From contig OZ243972.1 of the NCBI GenBank assembly GCA_965214705.1, forward strand, positions 1,856,001 through 1,920,000: a stretch of DNA of 64,000 bases, read 5' to 3'. Origin of the DNA: Alphaproteobacteria bacterium (lineage in GTDB: Bacteria > Pseudomonadota > Alphaproteobacteria > UBA828). Under the pieces are notes generated by a model that worked only from the letters and a program-made list of their open reading frames with translations, did not search any database and was not told the origin of the DNA. A program made the position numbers and the translations under genes. Shown in pieces: positions 52,399-63,600 of this stretch (the stretch's first letter is position 1; each line of letters starts with the position of its first letter).

Positions 52399-52863
52399 AT
52401 GAAGGTTCTTGCAGTACTGGTGACGGCGACCGCCGTGGCAATGGGGTGGTCGACGGCCAATGCAGGGGACGTAGAGATCGAGCCATTTGGATTCGGCTGG
52501 ATAGTCGTGGAAAACCAGCCCTGCCAAGTTTGGAACGGCGACCCCGAATACAAGATTGAAACAGCCGCCTGGACGGGCACCTGTATGGACGGCAAGGCCT
52601 CAGGTGAAGGGGAGTTGAATTTTGACCGAGGCAAGTTCATCGGCAAGGGCATCATGCGGACTGGCAAGATGCACGGGCTTTGGAGAATGAAGTCTTTCAA
52701 CGGTTCTACGGCAGTTGGGGAGTATCACGAAGGTCTTCCTCACGGTCGTATCGCCTCCACCCTTCCGAACGGACAGACCCACGAGTGCGAGTTTGAACAC
52801 GGTGTTGTCGATCTCCTAAGCTGTAAGTTCTACACTGGCCCCCCGTGGTGGGCAACAAAGTAG
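52399..52863 (+). CDS. Secreted MORN-like repeat protein
   Basis: Signal peptide; WTGTCMDGKASGEG, G.MRTGKMHG, GEYHEGLPHG. Confidence 0.65.
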   Translation: MKVLAVLVTATAVAMGWSTANAGDVEIEPFGFGWIVVENQPCQVWNGDPEYKIETAAWTGTCMDGKASGEGELNFDRGKFIGKGIMRTGKMHGLWRMKSFNGSTAVGEYHEGLPHGRIASTLPNGQTHECEFEHGVVDLLSCKFYTGPPWWATK

Positions 52864-52884
52864 GGCAACGAGTCATTGGGGCCC

Positions 52885-53100
52885 GGCTGAATAGTGGTGG
52901 AGAATCAGCCATGCCACACGTGGTCGCCAGGCGAGAATTCAGAGATCACGGTTACTTGGCAAGGCGATTGCGTTAACGGAAAGAACTCCGGCGAAGGGCG
53001 AGAAGCTTGGAGCAGTCCGGTTGGCAAGTGGGTGTACGAAGGCACCATGTGGGCTGGAACACCGCACGGGCGGGGGACTTCTGTGGGACCAGACGGTATC
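52885..53100 (+). pseudogene. Degraded tandem paralog of the MORN-like gene
   Basis: G*IVVENQPC (TGG>TGA) matches GWIVVENQPC; WQGDCVNGK. Confidence 0.6.
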
Positions 53101-53517
53101 TCCGGCCGCCAAAGATCATCGGCACGCCATCGAAAAGCGCCACAGTGCACACGCCTCCCGCTCTCTTGGCATCAAACCGCCCCTTTACGGAAGATCGCCT
53201 TGAATGGAGTGCCAGATTCCAGATAGTGTCCCAACGACATGGCGCCACTCTCCCCGTCCAAGTTGTGGAAAGCCGGACAGGATCAGACAGCGGTCCCGAT
53301 TTCCAGGGTAGTCTGCCTCACTCGGCGGCAAAACCCCGCTCAGCGCCGGATATCTGCAAGCGGCTCAGGCGTCCATCGGGTGCTTCTGCCTCAGACGCTT
53401 CGAAATCGCTAAGGCCGCAGCCTCAGAACGGCACAAATTTTGGAATCAGGACGTTGGGCGCTAGAATGACATACGAATCCGCGGTATCTTGGTGAAAGAC
53501 CATTTGGGTATTCGACC

Positions 53518-54168
53518 ATGAAACAATCAGCCTCACTGCAGCGGTACATCGGTATTTTCCGCATGTCTCCTAGCCAGCTGGAACAACTTGCTGACGAAAT
53601 TACCGCCAGTCAGTCTTTAGATCGGCCGGTACACCTGTCCCAAGTTAATATTCGCACCAGAAACACCCGCGAGAGCTACGATAGTATTGAAGAGTTGCGG
53701 CAACATAGAGTATGGAAAAGGAAAATTGTTGATATCGAGATCACCTTTTCCGAAAACTACGACGCACAATGGAGCGAGCCTAGACGTATTTTTGTAAGCA
53801 GCGGGAAACATTTCAACTACGTCAGTGTTTCAGGCGACGACGTTGACTGGGTTGAAGGAACCATGGACGTAGTTGTAAAGAGAATAAGAAAACACTATGT
53901 ATGGTACCATCTGTTTGCCGGCAACATTGTCAAGTCATTGATTGCTGGAATTCTTGCAAACGTGGTAGGCGGTGCTTTGGCATATTTCGTTATGTCGGAG
54001 TTTATTGTGACTGCTTTTGGATTGGAGCCAACAATGGAGAAGTCTTACCGCTATATCGTTAGCGGACCTGTGATATTCTTCGGCTTTGTGTGCTTTTTCG
54101 CAGCATTCTCTATCTCGGATAAATCTAGAATAGTCGAAGATAATGTTGGCCGAAAGGTAACTACTTAG
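53518..54168 (+). CDS. AT-rich hypothetical protein with two C-terminal TM helices
   Basis: 216-aa ORF in a low-GC patch. Confidence 0.65.
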   Translation: MKQSASLQRYIGIFRMSPSQLEQLADEITASQSLDRPVHLSQVNIRTRNTRESYDSIEELRQHRVWKRKIVDIEITFSENYDAQWSEPRRIFVSSGKHFNYVSVSGDDVDWVEGTMDVVVKRIRKHYVWYHLFAGNIVKSLIAGILANVVGGALAYFVMSEFIVTAFGLEPTMEKSYRYIVSGPVIFFGFVCFFAAFSISDKSRIVEDNVGRKVTT

Positions 54169-54520
54169 GTGCCCCACCAGCTCTGAGTGCGTGCTGCTTT
54201 TGCCGGAGGGACGGACATGCGGTCTGCGCGACCTCCAGGTTCCGGACCAGGAGGTAATCGAGGCTGCCGTGCCGGAGGGGTCGGCCGCGCTGGTTTCGGA
54301 AGATCGGAGCATCCTGCTCGTCGCCGTATTCCTTCAGCCACGCGTCGAGGGCCGCGACCGAGTCCCTGCGCAGCGGGATGCAGCGCTCCTCAAGTCCTTT
54401 GCCGTGACAGCGAAGATGGGCGCCATCACCGATGTGGATATCAACACGCCGCAGGGCGATGATCTCCGAGGCCGGACCGCTGTCCGGTCGGCTCTCTGCG
54501 ATAGCTCGCTGGGCGAGCTG
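54161..54520 (-). pseudogene. Tyrosine recombinase internal fragment
   Basis: SEIIALR..D...LRCHGKG.EER.IPL...IFRNQRG..L. Confidence 0.65.
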
Positions 54521-54700
54521 CGGGCAGCGCGGAAGTCTCTCGGTGCTTGGCGGACACTGCATGTTGGTAGGGTGTAACGTTGACGAGGCGGCGGATGTCC
54601 GAGTGGCCGGTTTCGGAGAAGCGCTAAAGAGCTCGGTGGATGCGGCGGGCCGTCGCGGGATGGAGGGAGAGAATGTTATTTTCGGCGCGTGGGGTCCAGG

Positions 54701-54968
54701 TCAGTCGCCACGTCGTAGTCCGAGCTTATGGCGAATTATGTCATCCGAAATGCAGCGGCCGGCGGCGATGTCGCGATGCCCTTCGTCGATGGCTTTGCGG
54801 TCCTCATCGCTGAGAGGTTCGTCGTCGACGGGAGCGGAATGCATCGCACGGAAGACGGGATCGTCCTGGTTGAGGAGAGAGCGTAAGTAGCATTCGGCTG
54901 CTTCCACCTGGTCTTCGGATAGCTCGTCGACGAGTTCGTGAAGGCGCATCTTGGGTGGTGGATTCATG
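54701..54968 (-). CDS. Small antitoxin-like protein (no adjacent toxin seen)
   Basis: LHELVDEL.E...APVDDEPLSDEDRKAIDEG..DIAAGR.IS. Confidence 0.5.
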
Positions 54969-55248
54969 GAAGTGGATCCGTGGGCTGCGGTCATGGCGAA
55001 CTTCGCCGAAGTTAGGGAGGAACAGGGAGCCCGTCCAGTGTCGTTGGATGGGGGATCGGGTTTTAGTGAAGGGTGAGGAGGATGCCCCTCGGCGCAGGGA
55101 GGAATGCGGCGAGGCATCGGGAAGAGAGTGCGCGAAAGATGCAGGAGGCTCGATGCTATCGCGAACCGCGCCGGGGTGTGAGCCCTGAAACAGGTCAAGA
55201 GGGCGTTCGGGTTCTATCCCGGGTGCTCAGTCAGAAAGGATCACGACC

Positions 55249-55635
55249 ATGGGAGCCACCCACGTCACCGTCACCATTCGCAATCCGGCTGACCCCGACA
55301 ACGTCTGGGAAGGCCTGTTCCTCGTCGATACAGGCGCCATCGATTCCCTCGTCCCAGGCCCGCACCTTGACGCCATCGGCCTGAAGCCCGAGGGCAGGCG
55401 AGTTTACGAACTTGCCGACGGCAACGAGAGCGTCATGGACATCACGACCGCGGAAATCGAGTTCATGGGAGAGATCGTCGGCGGAACGATCCTGTATGGA
55501 GCCCCGGATGCCGAGCCACGCCTCGGCCTTGCCGCCCTGGCATCGGTCGGCATCGAGGTCGATCCCGTGAGCAAGCGCCTCAAGAGGCGCCCAGCCGTCC
55601 GCCTCAAGAGCCCTGGCACTTGTGTCGGGACCTGA
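55249..55635 (+). CDS. Clan AA (retropepsin-like) aspartic protease
   Basis: LVDTGA, ELADG, P.LG..AL...GI.VDP. Confidence 0.85.
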   Translation: MGATHVTVTIRNPADPDNVWEGLFLVDTGAIDSLVPGPHLDAIGLKPEGRRVYELADGNESVMDITTAEIEFMGEIVGGTILYGAPDAEPRLGLAALASVGIEVDPVSKRLKRRPAVRLKSPGTCVGT

Positions 55636-55858
55636 ATACCGTTCCTCTCCGACATCTCCTCACGACTCGCCAGGACGGCACCCTCGTTCCCTCGGCGCCG
55701 GCAAATCCGCGTCAGCGCCCACCCCACATGGCGGCGCTCGACGCGCCCGAGCCCGAGTGAAGCCACCGCGAGGCAAGCCGCGGACAGGGCGAGACCCGGC
55801 TGTATTCCCCATGGCGTGCGCCTCGTAGAAGACGATCACACGTGAGAGAGTCCGTAAG

Positions 55859-57234
55859 CGATGGAGTGGACGCCCCTCCCGGCGGCATCGCGATGTGCCA
55901 TGTTGGCGGTGGTGTCAACGCCAAGAGAGGAAAGGGGCGTCCATGGAACAGGCTACCATGATCGGAATCGATCTGGCGAAGAACAGCTTTCAACTTCACG
56001 GTGCGCGAACCGACGGATCGGTCGCGTTCCGCAAGAAGTTGAGCCGCGGGAAGGTGCTGGAGTTTCTGGACTCGCATCCACGGTGCGCGGTGGCGATGGA
56101 GGCTTGCGCCAGCGCTCATTACTGGGGCCGGGAGATTGGCGCTCTGGGCCACTCGGTGAGGCTGATTCCCCCGCAATATGCCAAGCCTTACGTCAAGCGT
56201 CAGAAGAACGATGCAGCGGATGCCGAGGCGATCTGCGAGGCGGCGGCGCGTCCGACGATGAGTTTCGTTGCGGTCAAGACGGCGGAGCAGCAGGGTCGGG
56301 TAATGCTGTTCCGGACACGCGATCTGTTGGTGCGTCAGCGCACCCAGACGATCAACGCGCTGCGCGGCCATCTCGCGGAGTTCGGCGTCGTTGCGGCCCA
56401 GGGTCGGGTCCATGTCAACCGCCTGGCGACGGCGCTTGAGGATCCTGACTCAGACCTGCCTGATGCGGTCCGCGAGCTGGGCACGCTTCTGCTTGAACAG
56501 ATCGCCGGGTTCAACGCGAAGATCGAGTGCCTGGAGAAGGAAATCCACGCGAGCGCGCGGCAGGATGCAGAAGCACGGCGCCTGATGAGCGTGCCGGGGA
56601 TCGGCCCGATCACCGCGATGGCGATCCAGGCCTTCGCACCGCCGATGGAGACCTTCCGGCGCGGCCGGGACTTCGCCGCCTGGCTCGGCCTGGTGCCGCG
56701 CCAGCACTCGACCGGCGGCAAGCCGCGGCTGGGCAAGATATCGAAGATGGGCCAGCGCGATCTCAGGCGTCTGCTGATCACGGGCGCCATGGCGGTCGTC
56801 CGCTGGGCGGTTCGGCGGGGCCGGACGAGCGACCCGTGGCTCGCCAGGATGCTGATGCGCAAGCCGAGGATGCTGGTCGCCGTGGCGTTGGCCAACCGGA
56901 TGGCGCGCATCGTGTGGGCGCTGATGACGAAGAAGGAGAGTTACCGGGCTCCCGCAGCCGCCTGAGAGAGCGGCAAAGCGGGTAACTGTCGGGGACGCGG
57001 GCAGGTCTGAGGAAAGGCAAGGGCAAACGGTCAATCGAGACGGGATCGGGAAAACCAGCTTCCGGATGCAGAGCTTTCGAGCTCGCGTAAGCGATATGGA
57101 CCCGGTCCGCGCATCTCCATGAGGGCCCGCGGCGTGTGACGTGCCGCATTGAGAGGCCGGACACACGACAGCACCTGACCGCATGCGCTGAGCCGACCGA
57201 AAAAATGCTTGCGTCAAACGGGGCGTCCACACAC
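55859..57234 (+). mobile_element. IS110 family, IS1111-type element (outer ends approximate)
   Basis: Sub-terminal IR gtggacgcccc (55866-55876) / ggggcgtccac (57220-57230); ~250-nt 3' non-coding region. Confidence 0.85.
55943..56965 (+). CDS. IS110/IS1111 recombinase
   Basis: IGIDLAK, MEAC, KNDAADA, VPGIG, GLVPRQHSTGG, ALANRMAR. Confidence 0.93.
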   Translation: MEQATMIGIDLAKNSFQLHGARTDGSVAFRKKLSRGKVLEFLDSHPRCAVAMEACASAHYWGREIGALGHSVRLIPPQYAKPYVKRQKNDAADAEAICEAAARPTMSFVAVKTAEQQGRVMLFRTRDLLVRQRTQTINALRGHLAEFGVVAAQGRVHVNRLATALEDPDSDLPDAVRELGTLLLEQIAGFNAKIECLEKEIHASARQDAEARRLMSVPGIGPITAMAIQAFAPPMETFRRGRDFAAWLGLVPRQHSTGGKPRLGKISKMGQRDLRRLLITGAMAVVRWAVRRGRTSDPWLARMLMRKPRMLVAVALANRMARIVWALMTKKESYRAPAAA

Positions 57235-57469
57235 ATCCGGCGGGGGCCGCCGCCGCGCAGGCCCTGCATCCGGATCGCCAGCTTCACGATATTCGTCAGT
57301 CCTTCATAGCGCACCGGACTTTCCTCTCCCGACCCCGCGGGTTCCGCGCCTCTCACCCTAGCGGGCGACGGCGAGGCGCGGAACCTGCAGAACCCGGCAT
57401 GGCCAAGCATACGGCCGGAAGCCGACAGGCCGGGGCCGGTCCGGCTTGGCGGCGGATCGGTTGGTCGCC

Positions 57470-57873
57470 GTCGTCGGCGGTGGAGCGAGGCGCAGAAGCG
57501 GCAGATCGTGGCGGAGACCCACGAGCCGGGGGTCTCGGTGCCGATGGTGGCGCAGCGCTACAACCTCAACGCCAATCAGATATTCGGGTGGCGGCGTCTG
57601 TTTCGCGAGTCTGAGCGTGCCGGCGTGGCCGGCCGGTTCGTGCCGGTGGTGGTCGAAGCAGCACCAGGGCAGGAGGCGGACGCGGCGACGATGAGCCCAC
57701 CATCGGAGAGTGTCGTCGCGGAGGGCCAGCCTGCGACGGGCCGGATGGAGATCGTGCTTTCGGGCGATCGCCGGGTGATCGTCGATCGGGCGGTCGACGG
57801 GGCGGCGCTGTCACGCGTGATCGCTGTTGCTCGGCGCGCGTGTTGGACGCCGATCGGCGTGGTAAGGTGTTGA
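57470..57873 (+). pseudogene. tnpA: IS66 tnpA remnant
   Basis: RRRRWSEAQKRQIVAETHEPGVSVPMVAQRYNLNANQIFGWR. Confidence 0.75.
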
Positions 57874-57911
57874 TCTGCCTTTATTCCGAGGGTCAATCTA
57901 CGACGCCGAGC

Positions 57912-58140
57912 AACACTACGTCTTCTGCGGCGATCATCTGCTGGCCGCCAAGCTGAGGCGGGCTGACATCGACGCCAGCGCCGGCGCGACAGACGAAGTG
58001 GCGCGTATCGTCGCGCGCATCCGCGCCCGCTGGCCCGCCGTCGAGATCGTGCTGCGCGCGGACTCCGGCTTCGCCCGCGAGGAACTGATGGCCTGGTGCG
58101 AGGAGAACGGGGTGGATTACGTCTTCGGGCTGGCGCGGAA
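57912..58140 (+). pseudogene. IS1380-family transposase fragment
   Basis: YVFCGDHLLAAKLR...LRADSGFAREELMAWCE. Confidence 0.75.
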
Positions 58141-58735
58141 TGTCAACGGCGGCGGGATTATGCGCCAGAGCGGCGGAGTAAAATTGTACCACTGGCACGG
58201 CGGTAGCTTGTCCCCGTAGTCCACGGGAGGGCCCCGCGCGCGGGGCGACGCGCCCTCGGCGCGGTTGGCTTCTTCTCCAGGAGCGACAGATAGTGCAGCG
58301 GGTCGTAGACCACATCGCCGCGCAGGTAGGAGCGCCGGTGGCGGGCGACGATCTCGGCACCGAGCGCGATCTCGACCCGGTCGACATAGCCCTTGACCGC
58401 CACCTTCTTGTGGGCGTGGACCGCCGGCGCCGAGTAGTCCACCAGCCGGTAGCGCACCAGGGCGGTCGACGAGACCTGGCCCGGCACATGCTCGCAGGCC
58501 TCGAAGGGAACCGCCGGCAGATCGCGCAGGGCGTCGAGATCGGCGAGCAGCGCCGCCGCCTTCTCGCCCTGCTCCAGCGTGTCGAGACGCTCCAGGCAGC
58601 GTGCCATCAGCCGCTCGTTCAGGGCATCCAGGTCCCTCACCTTCGGGACCGGCACCATGAACGTGCGCCGCGCTGTCTTCACCAGGGCCTCGACCTTGCC
58701 CTTGTCGTTGCCCTTGCCGGGCCGGCCGAAGCGGT
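58141..58735 (-). pseudogene. istA: IS21-family remnant (istA fragment plus one end)
   Basis: TGTCAACGGCGG end with internal repeats; GNDKGKVE, LVRY...YS, YDPLHYL. Confidence 0.75.
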
Positions 58736-58834
58736 CGCGGAACACCGGCTCGACGGTTTGCCGACGCAGCCTGCAGAGCGCCCGGCCCTCCTCGCTGTCG
58801 AGCTTGTGCGCCATCTCCCGCAGCCACGCGGCCT
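58736..58834 (-). pseudogene. IS1182 transposase C-terminal fragment
   Basis: MAHKLDSEEGRALCRLRRQTVEPVF. Confidence 0.6.
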
Positions 58835-59823
58835 TAGCAGTCTGTCGGACTTTGGGGTGGTGTTCAGTTAGAATTCGGCTATGAGCAGATTCGTGGACTG
58901 CGGTCGGGACCAAGCTTTCTTGCTTCCGCCCGATCTTCGGGATTGGATCCCGGAGGACGATCTGGCGCACTTCGTGATCGAGGCGGTCGAGCGCGTCGAC
59001 ATGGGCGCCTTCAAGGTGAACCGTCGCGGCAGCGGCTCGGCGCAGTATCACCCCCGGATGATGCTGGCGCTGCTGATCTACTGCTATGCCAACGGGATCT
59101 TCTCGAGCCGTCGGATCGAGCGCGCGACCCGTCGCGACATCGGTGTGCGCTTCGTTGCCGCCAACAGGCATCCGGACCATGACACGATCGCGACCTTCCG
59201 GCGCGAGAACCGTGGGGCGATCGCCGAGAGCTTTCTTCAGGTTCTTCTTCTGGCCAAGGAGTTGAAGCTGGTGAAGGTGGGGGTGGTGAGCGTGGACGGC
59301 AGCAAGTTCGATGCCGCTGCGAGCAAGCATCGCTCGGTCAGGTATGACCGGGCGGGGGAGCTGATCGAGCAGTTGCGTCTGGAGATCGCCGATCTGATGG
59401 AGCGTGCCGAGGCGGCGGACGCCGGCGGCGGCGAGGATGCGCAGGCGCTGCCCAGGGAGATTGCGCGCCGCGAGGCCTTGTGTGCGCGCCTGGAGGAGGC
59501 GCGCCGGCGTCTTGAGGCTCAGGCCCGGGCGCGTGCCGAGGCGGAGCGAGCGGCCTACGAGGCCAAGGTATTGGCACGCGCCGGGCGCTTACAACTGCAA
59601 GCGCCTGCACAGGCTGACGTTGTCCCTGGCGTCATGACGGCGTTCCTGGCCCGACGTCTCAATGCAAATGCGTCGACACAGCCCGGCAGTGCCGGAGAAC
59701 GACGTTCCGGCGATCACCCCAATCCCATCCCCGCCGTCACATCCAACCCCAAGCGTGCCACCGGCAGACGACGGCCAGATCACTCATAATCGAAATCCGA
59801 CCCCAAAGTCCGACAGCCTGCTA
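58835..59823 (+). mobile_element. Internally deleted IS1182-family element with both IRs
   Basis: tagcagtctgtcggactttggggt / accccaaagtccgacagcctgcta; ORF 58881 has the DUF772-like N-terminus but loses the DDE core at ~59580. Confidence 0.8.
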
Positions 59824-59848
59824 GCTCAAGTCTTCCCGGTTCAGCGGC

Positions 59849-60363
59849 TCACTCACGCGAGGCATGTTTCGCGTCGGGAAGGAGCAGCAGCAAGGATTGA
59901 ATGATTTCAGCGACGAATTCGGCACGTCCGCTGACCCCGGCCTTGGCGTAGATGGCTGTAGCCTGCAGCCGGGTGGTGTTTTCCTTCACTCCGCGCGCCT
60001 CGGCGATTTCGGCGAAGCGATACCCCTTGATGATCAGCCAGGCGACGTCTTTCTCGCTGCTTGTCATGCGCCACTCGTCCATCAGCTCGGCGATGCTATC
60101 CGCAAGTCCTTGGGAAACCGCCCGGTTCCGTTTCTCCTCCACGTCCAGTCGGGTACGCAGTCGACCCAAGTCGCGCGCACCAAGAAGAAGCGCCATCGAG
60201 ACGCCGAGAAACACGATCAACTCGATAATGAAGTGGGTCGTACCGAGTTCATCGTCGATGACGATGTCCACGATGAGATCGTACAAGAAGAACAATATCG
60301 CGATCGCAAGCGCCCCTAGCGCAAGTAATCGCCGCTGAACGATCTTTCTCGATGAGTCACGCA
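59849..60363 (-). CDS. LuxR-type HTH regulator with two N-terminal TM helices
   Basis: W.MTSSEKDVAWLIIKG...EIAEARGVKENTTR...IYAKAGVSGR. Confidence 0.85.
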
Positions 60364-60664
60364 TTTGACCGGCAATCCCCCATGATGGCGCCACACCGCG
60401 CGTGGACCCTCCACCGACCTCACCTCAAGCGTCCGCGGCTGAAGACTCGACAGCGAGGCCGGTGCGCCGGCGGCGCGCAGCGTTGCCGGGCGAGGTGCAG
60501 GTCCACGACGACGGCACCTTGGTCCATATAGCAGTCCGCCGTGCCCCTAATTATATAACAATCCACATATGCGGGGCGCCCAACCTTACAACAAACCGGT
60601 CTAGCGGCCGTTCCAACAAGCGATTTGACTTGGCGTCCGACCCACATCGAGGGGAACTGTCGTC

Positions 60665-63600
60665 ATGAAGCCGCACGCCGCCTTCCGTCCCGCAAGCCGA
60701 GGGGTGCCCCGCCAGCGCTCCCGGCTGGCGTCAGTCCTGCTCGGCACCGTGATCCCGCTGTCTCTGGTGATGAGCGAGGAGTTCCCGTTTCATTTCGTTC
60801 CGGAAGCTCGTGCCAGCGGAATCGGTGATTACGACGACGGTATTCTCGCCTTCAGCGAAGACGAGGGCGACGAGGGCGACGAGGACGACGGCGACGAGGG
60901 GGATGAGGGGGACGAGAACGACGAGGGCGACGAGGGGGACGAGAATAACGAGGGCGACGAAGGCGACGAAGGGGACGAGAACGACGAGGGCGACGAGGGG
61001 GACGAGAATAATGAGGGCGACGAAGGCGACGAAGGGGACGAGAACGACGAAGGCGACGAGGGCGACGAGGGGGACGAGAACGACGACGGCGATGAGGGCG
61101 ACGAGCACGACGAGGGCGATGAGGGCGACGAGGGCGATGAAGGCGATGAGGGCGACGAGGGGGACGAGCACGACGAGGGCGATGAGGGCGACGAGCACAA
61201 CGAGGGGGATGAAGGGGACGAGAACGACGAAGGGGACGAGGGCGACGAGCGCGACGACGGCGATGAGGGCGACGAACACGACGAGGGGGATGAAGGCGAC
61301 GAGAACGACGAGGGGGACGAGGGCGACGAGGGCGATGAGAACGACGAGAACGATGAGGGGGACGAGGGGGACGAGAACGACGAGGGCGATGAAGGGGACG
61401 AGGGCGACTACAGACGGACCCTGTTGCAGACCACGGCCGAGTGGGAACAGGCACGGCAGCAGGCCGAAACTGCAGTCGAAGAGTCCGAGCAAGCGTTGGC
61501 AGAGGCGAAAGCGGATTTAACAGAAGCACAAGACACTCTGAATGCGACGATCAAATCCTTCATCGCGTCTCTTGCCGGTGCCCCGCCAGGCGAAAATGAC
61601 GGTGCAGCCAGTACAAACTGGTCCGATGTAGTTGATGCTTTCAATAACCAAACCGCCTTGAAGGCCGAACACGAGCGCAAGTTGTCCGAACTCGAAGAGG
61701 CGCAAAACAGACTTGAGCACGCAGCTCTCGTCGTCGAGCAATTGGATAACGATCTGGAGGCCGAGTCAGACCTGTTTGCGATCAGAAACGAGATAACGGA
61801 TTGCCAAACGAGCGCTTGTTCGGCAGACGATTTTCTGACGACCGAGCGGTTTACCGTGTTTCAGCCCAATGTCCTGGAAACGGTTGGCGTGCATTACGCA
61901 TATGCAAGGGGTCTCACGGGAGCCGGTGTGCGGATCGCCATCGAGGACGATATCGTGAACTACACGCTCCCCGAATTCGCGGGGCGAGTCTCGTTCGACG
62001 GTGCCGTGCTCACGCATCCCATAACGGATGGGGACGACTCCTCCTCGGATGCAAGGCGGTGTGAACAGGCCAGCGAAAACACACGCGCGTCTCTCGGTTG
62101 CAAGGTGATTTCGCACGACTCCGAGGACGATTTGCGTGAAACACTGACCGTTCGAGCAGCTATCGCCAGCAACGGTTGGCCGCAAGAGGGAGAGCGGTGG
62201 TTCGTGAGAAACGACCGCTACGAGGAAGGCAGCCTCGCTCGATGGTCGGAAATTCCCCATGCCACAAGCCAGGATCGGCATGGAACCGCCGTTGCCTCGG
62301 TTGCAGCAGGCCGCGATTTCGGTATTGCCCCGGGCGCGACGATCGTGCCCGTCGCCAGAAGATTTGCGCACGACGGGCAGAGCGAGGAGGAGGACGTCTC
62401 TCGCGTCGTCTTGGACATGATCTCGGAGATGTCGTCTTCGGAACGGGCGGCGTTGGACTCCGCAATGGCCGACGGCGTTCTGGACGATTACGCGCATTAC
62501 GACATCATCAACCGCAGCTATGGTATCGGCGTGTTCGATCCCGCTGAGGTTCGGGAAGTCCTGGATGACGAGACGAAATGGTGGGGCGACCATTTGCGCC
62601 AGCTTCTACCCATGACGTGGCGCGCCTTCATGCAAACCGAAACGCACCCCGATGATCGCACGGTGGTGGTATACGCGGCAGGAAACGACTCGGAGGAGTT
62701 CGGAGCCCTGGAAGCGAACATCCCTTACCACGAGCCGCACGTGCGGGGGCATCATCTGTCCGTGATGGCGGTCGACCATGACGGCAGCCATGCGGCCTAC
62801 ACCAACTTCTGTGGGGCGCTTCCCTCCGATTGGGACACGGAGCGCTGGGGACGACACTTCTGTCTGGCGGCGCCGGGAACGGTCAACGCGGCCGGCAATG
62901 TGGGCAGGGGGCACGTCTTTCACGAAATTGAGGGAACGTCATTCGCCGCTCCCGTCGTCAGCGGCGCGATTGCGCTCCTGATGGAGCATTTCCGGGGGCA
63001 GCTTGGAAACAGCGCAATCGTCAAGCGGGTTGTCGATACGGCCGACAACAGCGGGCGCTATGCCCAGCTCGAGATTTACGGCGCCGGGTTGCTCGATCTG
63101 GAAGCGGCGTTGCAGCCTGTGGGGACCACGACGACGGGGACACCGTCGGCGCGTGCACCCGCAATGCGATCTGCGGCAAGCGTGCCGCCCGCCGTAGGAA
63201 ACTTGGGCCGGCGGCTGGCGCTTCAGGGTGTGGAGGTGACGTCCCTCGATAGCCTGGGGGCACCGTTCTGGTCTTCGCCGGCAGCCTACATCAGGCCAAT
63301 AGACAATCCGGTGTCACCGATTCCTGACTTTTCCGAACCGGAAGATGAGAACGGCGGACAACTGCATCTTGGGTTCTCTCCGGAAACGATCGCTGGGCCG
63401 GCGGACGATCGTGGCGTGCGTCTCCTGGCGGGCGCAGACAGGGTCGGTCTGGAGCGAGCGCCCGTGGACGGCTTCAGATGGGGCATTCTCGGAGATGCAG
63501 CGTCTTGGCAGGGGGGCGGTGTTTCCGGCGCCTTCGGCGAAGGGGTCCGGTCGATGACCGCGTGGGTGGGACACGACGCCAGGGTCGAGCTGGACGATGC

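Noticed and set aside
53206-53456. Possible degenerate MITE (gattcca/tggaatc ends)
   Set aside because: The inverted match is too short and there is no TSD
60860-61408. Collagen-like Gly-X-Y domain or CRISPR array
   Set aside because: Gly is often replaced by Asn/His and the tract is uniformly acidic; 9-bp units have no spacers
60731-61529. ORFs with TRATR, LVALV, SSPSSP and RRP repeats
   Set aside because: Alternative-frame shadows of the (DEG)n tract in the subtilase frame
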